A stretch of DNA of 20,000 nucleotides from an uncultured virus (IMG/VR IMGVR_UViG_3300044638_007755) (IMGVR_UViG_3300044638_007755); one strand, 5' to 3'. Counted from the first letter of the stretch, positions 9,005 through 17,276 are shown. A program made the numbers and translations. Notes: generated by a model not told the origin, from the sequence alone.

Positions 9005-11770
9005 TTAATCGTTTCTAAATGTAATTGCTGACCAATCTCGACCGACCATTGTTCTTTGAGTCCAGGTTATTCCATTTGTTGACGTTAGCGTAGTTGAACC
9101 AAAACCAACAGTTACAAATATGTTATTTCCATAAGAGATACCTTGCCATAGGCCCCACAGAGAAGCATATTGAGTCCAATTAACTCCATCAGAAGAAACT
9201 GCGACATAACCAAAATCATTTGCAACTGCCACATATTTACCATTACCATAAGCTATACTAGACCAATAGGCGACAGATGGCAGGGTACTAGCAGACCAAT
9301 CTGTACCATTACTGGAATATATGGCTTTATCAGAGTTATTTGCAATTGCTACAAACTTATTATTGCCATATGTAATAGCTTGCCAGTCCCCAGTAGAAGG
9401 TAATGTAGATTGACTCCAACTGGTTCCATTGTTTGACGTGGCTAGATTATTTGTAGAGGACAATGCAACGTAGACACCATTACCATATGCTCCACACTTC
9501 CATATTGAACCAACACCCAGAGAAGGTAAAGAAGATGAAGACCATGTATCTGTGGTACTAGAGTAAATTTGAGTATTACCAGTTTGAGACATAACAACAA
9601 AAATACCATTACCATAAATTATATTGATCCAATTAGAGGCCGAGCCTAAAGATTGGTTGGTCCAACTAGAAATGTTGGTAGATTTGGCTCCCACAGCATC
9701 TGTATAAGGACAAGATACGAATACTCCGTTACCATATTCTATATCTGTCCAATATTTAGATCCTGGTAAAGTATAATTATTCCATGAAATTCCATTATTA
9801 GAAGTTGCAACAGTGTCTGAATTAAAAGCAACTGCTACGAATGAAGCTGGTATTGGATTAGTTGGAGTTGGAGTTGGTGTTCTTGTATATGTCGGAGTTA
9901 TTGTGTTTGTTGGGGTTTGACTAGCTGTATTTGTAGGCGTAATAGTATTAGTTGGAGTTGTACTATTAGTTGGAGTAACAGTGCTAGTTGGAGTTATAGT
10001 AGGAGTTTCAGTGTTTGTTGGAGTTATAGTAGGAGTTGTAGTAGCTGTTAGTGTGGGAGTTGGTGTTAGAGAACCAGTATTTGTTTGAGTATTAGTATTT
10101 GTTGGAGTTACAGTATTAGTAGAGGTAATAGTATTAGTAGGAGTTGGAGTTAAGGTACTAGTAGATGTAACACTAACTGTAGGAGTTATTGTTTGTGTTG
10201 TGGTTTGAGTTTGTGTCGTCGTTACTGTTGGGGTTATTGTGTTTGTTGGAGTTGTTGTACTGGTTTGAGTTTGTGTTGGAGTCTTAGTAGGTGTTGTTGT
10301 TGCTGTTGGAGTATTAGTTAAACTGGTGGTAAGAGTTGGGGTTGCAGTCTTTGTAGGAGTAACCGTAGGAGTTGCTGTATTTGTAGGAGTAACCGTGGGA
10401 GTTCTTGTAGGCGTTACATTTGGAGGTTCTCTTAAGCTAAATATGGGATCATCAATTATGCCCCTTAATACAAATCCGTTATATAATATAGTAATGTCAT
10501 TTGTATTGTATAGTGCTTCATTTAGAATTAGTTGTCCTAGTTTTAAAGAATCACATAAAGACTTGGATGGTGTCGGAGATACTGTGGTTGTTGGAGTACT
10601 AGTTTTAGTAGCTGTTGGAGTCTTTGTATTTGTTGGAGTGATTGAAGGAGTTAAAGAACTGGTTGCAGTATGTGTTGGAGTAACGGTTCTTGTTGGAGTA
10701 ATGGTAGTTGTTTGAGTTTTAGTAACAGTTGGCGTTACAGAAGCCGTTATTGTTGGAGTTGGTGTGAATGTAGGAGTTGCCGATGGCGTTTTAGTTTGTG
10801 AAGCAGTTACTGTTGCTGTATTGGTCGGTGTATTAGTTGGAGTTTTTGTAGGAGATGGTGTGAAAGATGCTGTTGGAGTAGGTGTTATGCAACCAATTGG
10901 CAATATAGCATCTCCGATTGAAGATGCTGTTACGGAATCTGGGGAGCTGTTGCTACGTGTTGAGTAAGAGTAATATCCACCCGATCCTGTATTCAAAGAT
11001 GGATCATAATAAGCTGCTTTATACCATTCGTTCTCTGTTGGAATCCAATATTTAGCTGAGATATTTTTTGTAAAACTATATCCAGATATAGCTCCATTGA
11101 GGGTGTATGCTCCGTCTTCTGTTGAGGATGAATTTTGAGCACCACTGGGTTTTCCATTATGCAACCAGTTTACAAATCTAGCAGCATTAAACCAAGATAT
11201 ATAGTATACTGGTTTATTTCCCATGTTAGTTTTAACAGCATATACATAACTTCCATTGGATCCTCCTCTAGCAATACCTCCTCTGCTTTCTGTGCCCATA
11301 TATGTTGCTGAATACAGTCCATAGGTATCTGTCATACCTATAGCATTTAGAAATTCCGTATACTCAGTATTAGTAACTAAATATTTTTGTATTTTATATG
11401 TATATCCAACAGAACCATATGTTGTGCTATCAGCTGCATTAGCAATATTAGCTACTGTTACAAAGGTGCTGTATTGACGATCATCATTGATTGTAGCTAT
11501 TCTAAATCCAACAGTAGTTAATCTAGCGTTAGGCAAAAAAGAAAATCTATATGATTTTGACAAATTACTAACAGTAGAGTCTGTCCAGCTACCACCCCTT
11601 AATCCTCTATTGGACCCAATAATAGAATCATTCCATTCGTATAAAGATCCTGACTGGTCATAGGTATCATAATAGCTGGGACTTCCATTAGTACCAACAG
11701 AAGTAAGATTTCCTACAACACCATTCCAGTTTGCTGATAGATTATAATTAGCACTATTACATGTTGGCAT
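9005..11770 (-). CDS. Large adhesin or virion-fibre-like protein: circularly permuted FGE-sulfatase (SUMF1, C-type lectin fold) domain, Thr/Pro-rich stalks and C-terminal BNR/WD40-like beta-propeller
   Basis: DQSGSLYEW, RGGSW, GFRIA, KYLVTNTEYTEFLN, PVYYISWFNAARFVNWL and IPTENEWYKAA are FGE-family motifs. (TPT)n tracts follow. Repeated W..I.YGNG.FVAV...S.DG..W blades form the C-terminus. Confidence 0.9.
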   Translation of the reverse strand: MPTCNSANYNLSANWNGVVGNLTSVGTNGSPSYYDTYDQSGSLYEWNDSIIGSNRGLRGGSWTDSTVSNLSKSYRFSFLPNARLTTVGFRIATINDDRQYSTFVTVANIANAADSTTYGSVGYTYKIQKYLVTNTEYTEFLNAIGMTDTYGLYSATYMGTESRGGIARGGSNGSYVYAVKTNMGNKPVYYISWFNAARFVNWLHNGKPSGAQNSSSTEDGAYTLNGAISGYSFTKNISAKYWIPTENEWYKAAYYDPSLNTGSGGYYSYSTRSNSSPDSVTASSIGDAILPIGCITPTPTASFTPSPTKTPTNTPTNTATVTASQTKTPSATPTFTPTPTITASVTPTVTKTQTTTITPTRTVTPTHTATSSLTPSITPTNTKTPTATKTSTPTTTVSPTPSKSLCDSLKLGQLILNEALYNTNDITILYNGFVLRGIIDDPIFSLREPPNVTPTRTPTVTPTNTATPTVTPTKTATPTLTTSLTNTPTATTTPTKTPTQTQTSTTTPTNTITPTVTTTQTQTTTQTITPTVSVTSTSTLTPTPTNTITSTNTVTPTNTNTQTNTGSLTPTPTLTATTTPTITPTNTETPTITPTSTVTPTNSTTPTNTITPTNTASQTPTNTITPTYTRTPTPTPTNPIPASFVAVAFNSDTVATSNNGISWNNYTLPGSKYWTDIEYGNGVFVSCPYTDAVGAKSTNISSWTNQSLGSASNWINIIYGNGIFVVMSQTGNTQIYSSTTDTWSSSSLPSLGVGSIWKCGAYGNGVYVALSSTNNLATSNNGTSWSQSTLPSTGDWQAITYGNNKFVAIANNSDKAIYSSNGTDWSASTLPSVAYWSSIAYGNGKYVAVANDFGYVAVSSDGVNWTQYASLWGLWQGISYGNNIFVTVGFGSTTLTSTNGITWTQRTMVGRDWSAITFRND
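9860..10888 (-). repeat. Two Thr/Pro-rich mucin-like low-complexity tracts (~10560-10888 and ~9860-10420) separated by a ~45-aa unique segment
   Basis: Degenerate TPTxT units in the translation; recurrent gttggagt on the + strand. Confidence 0.9.
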
Positions 11771-11782
11771 TATAACAGAATC

Positions 11783-12079
11783 CTAGTTGCGTTTGATATG
11801 AGTTTTACAATTAGGGTCTATTTTAGAAGAGAGTGGTGCTGAGTTGTCTGGTTCGCAATAATTGCAATCAATTTTTTTGATATTGTCTCCACTCATATAC
11901 CATCCTTTACCCTTACATACTGGACAATCTTTTCTCTTGTATTTTGTAGTAATTTCTTGTGAATGCTTAGCTTTAATAATTCCACCAGCAAGAGTTACCG
12001 AAGCTGTTGTTGAGCCGTAATACCTTCCTTCAGAAAACAATAAACTAATGCAAAATAGACTAATAAATAATTTATTCAT
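11783..12079 (-). CDS. Small protein with signal-peptide-like N-terminus and CxxCxGxG...CxxC zinc-finger-like motif
   Basis: MNKLFISLFCISLLFS...CPVCKGKG...CNYC. The ATG at 12079 forms an ATGA overlap with the upstream stop, so it is preferred over the track start at 12094. Confidence 0.7.
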   Translation of the reverse strand: MNKLFISLFCISLLFSEGRYYGSTTASVTLAGGIIKAKHSQEITTKYKRKDCPVCKGKGWYMSGDNIKKIDCNYCEPDNSAPLSSKIDPNCKTHIKRN

Positions 12080-12270
12080 TTTTGTTCTCTCCATGGTAGT
12101 ATGTTGTCTACCAAGTCTTTTAGTCTTTTTCTTTTTTGTGGTTTTGGTTTAATCGAATCGTCTGGTTTATTTTCTGGATTGTTTTTTTCAAACATCTTTA
12201 ATACAGACAAGATAAACCCTAACAGCATATGTATAGCTCTATTTAAAGCTATTCTGTCTATTAGTCTCAT
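12076..12270 (-). CDS. Small hypothetical protein with hydrophobic N-terminal helix and basic C-terminus
   Basis: 64 aa, first gene after the GGTGTAT motif at 12309-12315. Confidence 0.6.
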   Translation of the reverse strand: MRLIDRIALNRAIHMLLGFILSVLKMFEKNNPENKPDDSIKPKPQKRKRLKDLVDNILPWREQK

Positions 12271-12301
12271 AGAAATAATCTCGTATAATAGGGTAGTAAC
12301 A

Positions 12302-12315
12302 TATTATGATACACC
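12302..12315 (-). promoter_or_regulatory. Putative promoter motif GGTGTAT-CATAATA
   Basis: atacacc at 12309-12315 on the + strand, in a 109-nt intergenic gap; same core as at 15763 and 17301. Confidence 0.55.
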
Positions 12316-12379
12316 AAATACCACTAATGCATTTTTGGCCAGAAATAGTGGAGATTATATCGATAAGTGAAAATTAACT

Positions 12380-13303
12380 CTACAAATAGTCATCAAATCC
12401 GTAGCTTGGTAGTTTTTGAAGAGGGAATCCATCAAAACCACTAAAAGCATATGATCCGTTTTGACTCAACATACCCTGAGCAACATCAGAATGAATTAAA
12501 AATGAACCATCAGGAATTGGACCCCATTCTGGATGACCACCATCATTCCATTTTCCCCAGCTATTTTGTACTAGAAATGCTGGTTCTCCATTAGTATCGT
12601 CACAAGCTATCCAAGCCATACAATGCGCCCAAGAACCAGACTGTCTAGCAAATCCCTTTTTATCTCTAGTGTTACTAAAACCATAGTTAGAACATACTGC
12701 TAAACCATAACCGTTAGCCAAAGCATCTCTAGCTTCTTCTACTGTTCGTATTAATGAGGCGGTCTTGATTTGATGGTCATTTGCTAGATCTAGTACTTTG
12801 TCTGGGAGTCCTCGACCTCCCCAACCAGCACCTAAATTACCATTGTATTTACTGAAATCTACAAAACCATAATTTTTTCTTACTACAAGACCACCAATCT
12901 TGCTGACAAACTCAGCTGCTCTGGCACAACTCATGCCCTGTCCACTAAATCCTCTATATCCATAGATAGCCTCTGTTGCACCCCTTGCTATCCAATCCTC
13001 TCTTTCATTATGCACATCTATTTCTACTGCTCGTGAAACATCACAAGCATTTCGTGTTCCATGACTAACACAATCCCCAGTGGTTTGTCTTTCATTATAA
13101 GGATGTTTATCAAACTTTAACACACTCTTGTATGGTGTTGATAGTTTACCCTTACCGCTGCCACTAATTTTTTTACTAGCATCACCAAATAATGGATACT
13201 TGGAAGTTTCCATCAAATGATTGAACACATGCTCTTCCCAGACGCATCCACTAAATCCCTTACGATAATTATCGTATAATTCTTTCGGAGAGAGTCTAGC
13301 CAT
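12380..13303 (-). CDS. Papain-like (C1 family, clan CA) cysteine peptidase
   Basis: QTTGDCVSHG (oxyanion Gln and catalytic Cys), WAHCM (His) and VQNSWG (Asn) in papain order. Confidence 0.85.
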   Translation of the reverse strand: MARLSPKELYDNYRKGFSGCVWEEHVFNHLMETSKYPLFGDASKKISGSGKGKLSTPYKSVLKFDKHPYNERQTTGDCVSHGTRNACDVSRAVEIDVHNEREDWIARGATEAIYGYRGFSGQGMSCARAAEFVSKIGGLVVRKNYGFVDFSKYNGNLGAGWGGRGLPDKVLDLANDHQIKTASLIRTVEEARDALANGYGLAVCSNYGFSNTRDKKGFARQSGSWAHCMAWIACDDTNGEPAFLVQNSWGKWNDGGHPEWGPIPDGSFLIHSDVAQGMLSQNGSYAFSGFDGFPLQKLPSYGFDDYL

Positions 13304-13797
13304 TATTTTGACCCCATATTACAAGCCCAAGCTAAAGCATTAAGACCTTCTACGGCCTTAGCCCTTAGCTCTTTAGATAAAAGAATTTGATCGTCTCCAA
13401 TAGCTGCTACTACCACTTCTTTTGCTTCTTTAGCTAGATCAGGATACTTACCCTTAATATCTAGTCTAAGCATAACACCAGCCAAACTATTGGCTTGACG
13501 AATTTCTTCAGTATTTCTAACCACCTCGTTTTCTCCATCAAGCTCAACAAGTTTTGCTAGATCAAGATATAAATCTCGTAATCTTTTAGCATCGCCTTTT
13601 GCTCCAGATTCTTTTAGTACTGAGACAACGTCATCTGCTTCTTTTTTAACAGCTGAGTCTGTTGGTTCTGGTAATTCTAGAACATCAACAGCATTAGGTT
13701 TGTTTGGTAGAATGTTGAGTCTTGATAGATCAAACTTGGTTAAGCCAACCAGAATAAGTAAACCAGCTACTACCAGTAATAGGTTATTATTTTTCAT
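13303..13797 (-). CDS. Membrane-anchored helical hypothetical protein
   Basis: 164 aa, N-terminal LLLVVAGLLILVGL anchor, 1-nt stop/start overlap with the peptidase gene. Confidence 0.75.
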   Translation of the reverse strand: MKNNNLLLVVAGLLILVGLTKFDLSRLNILPNKPNAVDVLELPEPTDSAVKKEADDVVSVLKESGAKGDAKRLRDLYLDLAKLVELDGENEVVRNTEEIRQANSLAGVMLRLDIKGKYPDLAKEAKEVVVAAIGDDQILLSKELRAKAVEGLNALAWACNMGSK

Positions 13798-14195
13798 ACT
13801 ACTTTATCCTCTTTTTTAGAGCACACATTAGGACTTAGAAACGGAAACATTTGATCAGCAACCTTAATAGCCTCGGCACAACCACTCTTTTCTGCTAGAT
13901 CACGAGTTTGTTTCCATGATACTACAAGCTTAAAAAACACATCGTCCTTATTCTCTCCGACTACTTTAGGTAATACTACTGGATCAACTTTGGGAACATC
14001 AACAGTTGGTAATGTAACAGTATTTCCTTTTGTTATACCCTTGACTTTTTCAACTAATGAAGTAATTAATTGTTGAACTGGGCTTAGTCTATCCTTAAAC
14101 AATACCCAGATAATAATGCCAGCACCAGCATAAAGAGCCAAATCCGTTGTGCTCAAACGACTACTAAATTCTTGGAAGCTCTCTGTAAAATTCAT
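13794..14195 (-). CDS. Hypothetical membrane protein (single TM)
   Basis: 133 aa, LALYAGAGIIIWVLF segment, AAGGA upstream, ATGA overlap with the downstream gene. Confidence 0.75.
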   Translation of the reverse strand: MNFTESFQEFSSRLSTTDLALYAGAGIIIWVLFKDRLSPVQQLITSLVEKVKGITKGNTVTLPTVDVPKVDPVVLPKVVGENKDDVFFKLVVSWKQTRDLAEKSGCAEAIKVADQMFPFLSPNVCSKKEDKVV

Positions 14196-14209
14196 TTTGT
14201 TTTCCTTGT

Positions 14210-14635
14210 TTATTTATCTGAAACTTTTGGAGTATTATCAACAACAGGATCAACCTTAGTGCTTGGATCAACAAAAACTCCACTATTTCTAAAAGTGGTA
14301 ACTAAAGCATCAATAGTCGCACTAACCAATAGCATGAGAATTTGTTTCACATACTTCTGTATAATAGGTTGTAAAATCTGTGGAACAAATGGAAAATTTA
14401 TTATTGTAAATACTTGATCATAAAAGTTAGAAATCATAGTCATAGCCAATGTTTTTTTATCGGCCCCTCTCAGAGAGGGACTATTATCTTCTATGCTCTG
14501 AATAACTTCTGCTGTAGCTAGTTGTAAAATATTCCATGCTTGTGGCATGGCTACTGCTTTAGCACTATTTAGTATTTCTTTAGCTTTAATTACTAGATTC
14601 CCAAGATTATTTACTGATAGGTTTTGGGTTTGCAT
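14210..14635 (-). CDS. Hypothetical helical protein
   Basis: 141 aa, amphipathic and hydrophobic helices, inside the membrane-protein cassette. Confidence 0.7.
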   Translation of the reverse strand: MQTQNLSVNNLGNLVIKAKEILNSAKAVAMPQAWNILQLATAEVIQSIEDNSPSLRGADKKTLAMTMISNFYDQVFTIINFPFVPQILQPIIQKYVKQILMLLVSATIDALVTTFRNSGVFVDPSTKVDPVVDNTPKVSDK

Positions 14636-14933
14636 TTTTCTTTCTCTTTTTTCTTAGCGGTTGACTATTCTTTTTATTAGCTTCTTTTCTTTCTTCTGGT
14701 GTTGCTGTGCTCCACCAAGTCTTTTTAAGATCAGTTCTTCCTTTAACATATTTGAACAATACCATTAATTGTCCTATAATAAGGATAGTAGCTTCTAATC
14801 CTCTGCTAGTTTCTTCGATTAAATTTTCTTTTTGACTATTACTATCCAATAAGCCAATTAGGTATAATCCACTAAATATAAAACTGACAAAAGTAAACCA
14901 GAATTCACTGGTTCTATAGCCGGGTTTGACCAT
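14607..14933 (-). CDS. Holin-like two-TM membrane protein
   Basis: 108 aa with KPGYRTSEFW N-terminus, two hydrophobic helices and a very basic C-terminal tail; GGAG upstream. The holin call rests on topology only. Confidence 0.5.
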   Translation of the reverse strand: MVKPGYRTSEFWFTFVSFIFSGLYLIGLLDSNSQKENLIEETSRGLEATILIIGQLMVLFKYVKGRTDLKKTWWSTATPEERKEANKKNSQPLRKKRKKNANPKPISK

Positions 14934-14966
14934 TGATTTATTTTCTCCAATTATGTGATTATTTTA

Positions 14967-15167
14967 TTAAATACCACTAGCAATTACATTAACAAAAATA
15001 CCATTATAGAATCTATTATCATATTTGGCTTGAATATCATTAATTGTTGGACTATTTTTAGCATATGTATCTATTGTTGAATACTCTCCTGCAACTGTTG
15101 TTGTGACAACGGTTGTTCCGTTTTTTATCTGATTAGCACTAATTGCTTTATTTATATCATTTGCCAT
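14967..15167 (-). CDS. Small hypothetical protein
   Basis: 66 aa filling the gap in the co-oriented gene run. Confidence 0.6.
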   Translation of the reverse strand: MANDINKAISANQIKNGTTVVTTTVAGEYSTIDTYAKNSPTINDIQAKYDNRFYNGIFVNVIASGI

Positions 15168-15170
15168 AAA

Positions 15171-15488
15171 TTACCTTTCTATTCTGTCTTCTAGGGCTTC
15201 TAAGGTTTTACCAAGTGTTGCTATTTGAATTTTTAACTCTGTCATTACTTCAGTATTTCTTTGCAAAGCTAATGCAAATGCTGCTTGACTTTCTTTATTG
15301 CTGTTAAGTCTTTCCATAATAAACTGTTTATCATGGTTATATGGACTTTGAGTTTCTATCATAACTAAAACTTCTGCTTTAGTAGCCATATTTCTACCAA
15401 TAGCCACCCAAAACCCTACCATTGTGACAATAATGCCAATACTGGTTGTTGCAATATTTTCCCAGAAATGAATAATGGTTTCGCTCAT
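15171..15488 (-). CDS. Membrane protein with N-terminal TM and C-terminal coiled coil
   Basis: 105 aa: IGIIVTMVGFWVAIG followed by the heptad-like LQRNTEVMTELKIQIATLGKTLEALEDRIER. Confidence 0.7.
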   Translation of the reverse strand: MSETIIHFWENIATTSIGIIVTMVGFWVAIGRNMATKAEVLVMIETQSPYNHDKQFIMERLNSNKESQAAFALALQRNTEVMTELKIQIATLGKTLEALEDRIER

Positions 15489-15509
15489 AGCTATAAGCCT
15501 TAATTTATA

Positions 15510-15740
15510 TTAGTTACATGAACAATTACATTTAACACATAAACCTAGGATTTTTTTCCAAAATCCACATTCTGGTGGTTTATTAGTAGGCCAGCATTTA
15601 CAGCACTTATTGATATCTATAAAAGATCTATTTTCTTCTTTTATGGATCTCTCGAATGCTATTTCTATTTCTTGTTCTGTTAATAGTATATCTAAACATC
15701 TATTATCGATTGTGATAGTGGTATGATTTAAAGTGTTCAT
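15510..15740 (-). CDS. Small Cys-rich hypothetical protein
   Basis: 76 aa with CCKCW...C...CVKCNCSC; AAGGA upstream. Confidence 0.65.
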   Translation of the reverse strand: MNTLNHTTITIDNRCLDILLTEQEIEIAFERSIKEENRSFIDINKCCKCWPTNKPPECGFWKKILGLCVKCNCSCN

Positions 15741-15755
15741 AGTTTTTTTATTCCT

Positions 15756-15769
15756 TATATTAATACACC
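15756..15769 (-). promoter_or_regulatory. Putative promoter motif GGTGTAT-TAATATA
   Basis: atacacc at 15763-15769 in the intergenic gap, followed on the minus strand by AAGGA and the ATG at 15740. Confidence 0.55.
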
Positions 15770-15776
15770 ATTATAA

Positions 15777-17276
15777 TTATTGAGAAAATCCTCCAGGACA
15801 ATTGTCTGCTAAATAAACTGTTGATTGATTAATTGCTATAAATTGACCATTTAAGCTTTGAATACTAGAAATATCAAAAGCTGTAGATTCTAGAGAGCTT
15901 AAAATCGTCCATCCAGAACCAGTCATACTATAGTAAATATCATTATCTCCAGTAGTAATATTTCTAACTAAAAGCAAAAACTTACTCATACCCAAAGAAT
16001 TAGGTGATCCGAATACCAAGTTGCTATTTGATCCTTGTATTGTTGCAACCAAGTTCCAGTTGATAGCATTAGAGCTTATAAATACGCGACAACAACCTCT
16101 CACTGAGCTTCCCACAGTTATATTCCCCTGTGCAATAGCTACAAAATTACCATTACCATATACTATCTTTTTAATATTTCCTATGTTATTAGTGTTCCAG
16201 TTTGTTGAAGACCCTATTGATCTTAGTGTCCATACAACACCATCTGTACTCGTGGCTATCGATGGATCATAATCTGTCTCTATGGTACCATCTCCAAAAG
16301 ACGAATCGCTACCCGCAACAAAATAATTGGCCCCATAAGCTATGGTTAGCCAATTTTTATTTGTTGGAGCACCGCTGAAAGATGGCGCTGTAGGTAGGGG
16401 GTTACTTGTCCAAGTGATCCCGTCGCTACTAATAGCTATTCTAGAAGCTGTAGATCGATTACTCGAACTAGAAACTGCTAGATATTTTTGTATTTCTTCA
16501 GAATATATAATCTGATTCCATGTGTAATTCTCTACGGGTGGAGGCGTACCTGAACCAGATACAGCAACTATTGGCATGATATTATTTCCAGCCACCCAAG
16601 TTGATCCATCGTTACTGATTGCTGATTTTGGAGACGATCCAACAGCCACAAACCTATTGTCTGCACCATAAGTGATACTCTGCCAAGCATTAGGACCAGA
16701 ATATGGAAGTCCTTCTCCCAGAGTCCAATTGCGAGCATCTAAACTAACTAATGTCGCATTAATACTTTCTATAATAATATAAGTATTATTGCCATAAGTT
16801 ATGTCTTTCCAATCTGTGATTGCAGGTAATGAGTAGCTACTGAAGTTGTCTCCTAAAATACAGTCTCTAGTTGGGGTTGGACTAGTAGTAACTGTTGGAC
16901 TAATAGTTACAGTTGAAGTAATCGTTGGAGTAATCGTTCGAGTTGGAGTAACTGTTGGGGTTGGGGTTTTTGTTCTAGTAACGCTAGGAGTTAGTGTGGG
17001 GGTTCTTGTTTGTGATGCTGTTTGAGTTGGAGTTTTTGTAGCGGTGGGGGTGGGGGTTTTTGTTGCCCCAGTCGGAGTTTGGGTAATAGTAGGAGTTAAT
17101 GTTGGAGTAACTGTTGGAGTGCGAGTCGGAGTTGGAGTAAAAAATAATCCGATTTCAGGTAAGATTTGTTGAGCAAAATTCTCTTGTGATGGTAGAGGCT
17201 TATTTCCCGCAGCGTTTATGCGAAAGTTTATACCGCTACCAAAAACGATATTTGGAATATTATTGCTACTAGACAT
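15777..17276 (-). CDS. Thr/Pro-rich stalk plus BNR/WD40-like beta-propeller protein (adhesin or fibre-like)
   Basis: 499 aa. TPT tract at residues ~47-136, then W..I.YG...[FY]VAV...S.DG..W blades like those of the 921-aa protein. AGGAG upstream. Confidence 0.85.
   Translation of the reverse strand: MSSSNNIPNIVFGSGINFRINAAGNKPLPSQENFAQQILPEIGLFFTPTPTRTPTVTPTLTPTITQTPTGATKTPTPTATKTPTQTASQTRTPTLTPSVTRTKTPTPTVTPTRTITPTITSTVTISPTVTTSPTPTRDCILGDNFSSYSLPAITDWKDITYGNNTYIIIESINATLVSLDARNWTLGEGLPYSGPNAWQSITYGADNRFVAVGSSPKSAISNDGSTWVAGNNIMPIVAVSGSGTPPPVENYTWNQIIYSEEIQKYLAVSSSSNRSTASRIAISSDGITWTSNPLPTAPSFSGAPTNKNWLTIAYGANYFVAGSDSSFGDGTIETDYDPSIATSTDGVVWTLRSIGSSTNWNTNNIGNIKKIVYGNGNFVAIAQGNITVGSSVRGCCRVFISSNAINWNLVATIQGSNSNLVFGSPNSLGMSKFLLLVRNITTGDNDIYYSMTGSGWTILSSLESTAFDISSIQSLNGQFIAINQSTVYLADNCPGGFSQ
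16865..17140 (-). repeat. Thr/Pro-rich low-complexity tract
   Basis: TPTPTRTPTVTPTLTPT... in the translation. Confidence 0.9.

Noticed and set aside
10326..10967. Plus-strand Val/Gly-rich ORFs 10326-10715 and 10764-10967
   Set aside because: They are antisense shadows of the Thr/Pro codon tracts of the 921-aa gene.
11490..11610. Possible diversity-generating retroelement variable region (FGE-type C-type lectin folds are known DGR targets; RGGSW...GFR segment)
   Set aside because: No second near-identical copy (template repeat) and no reverse transcriptase were seen in the window. It cannot be excluded elsewhere in the genome.
10889..11770. Active formylglycine-generating enzyme
   Set aside because: The catalytic cysteine pair that follows RGGS in true FGE is absent (RGGSWTDSTVSNL), so a binding role is more plausible.
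12321..12351. Imperfect inverted repeat (ccacta...tagtgg) after the peptidase stop, a possible terminator
   Set aside because: The stem is short and bulged with no convincing U-tract; too weak to call.
14465..14479. Palindrome ccctct-cag-agaggg
   Set aside because: A single 6-bp stem inside a coding region, compatible with chance.
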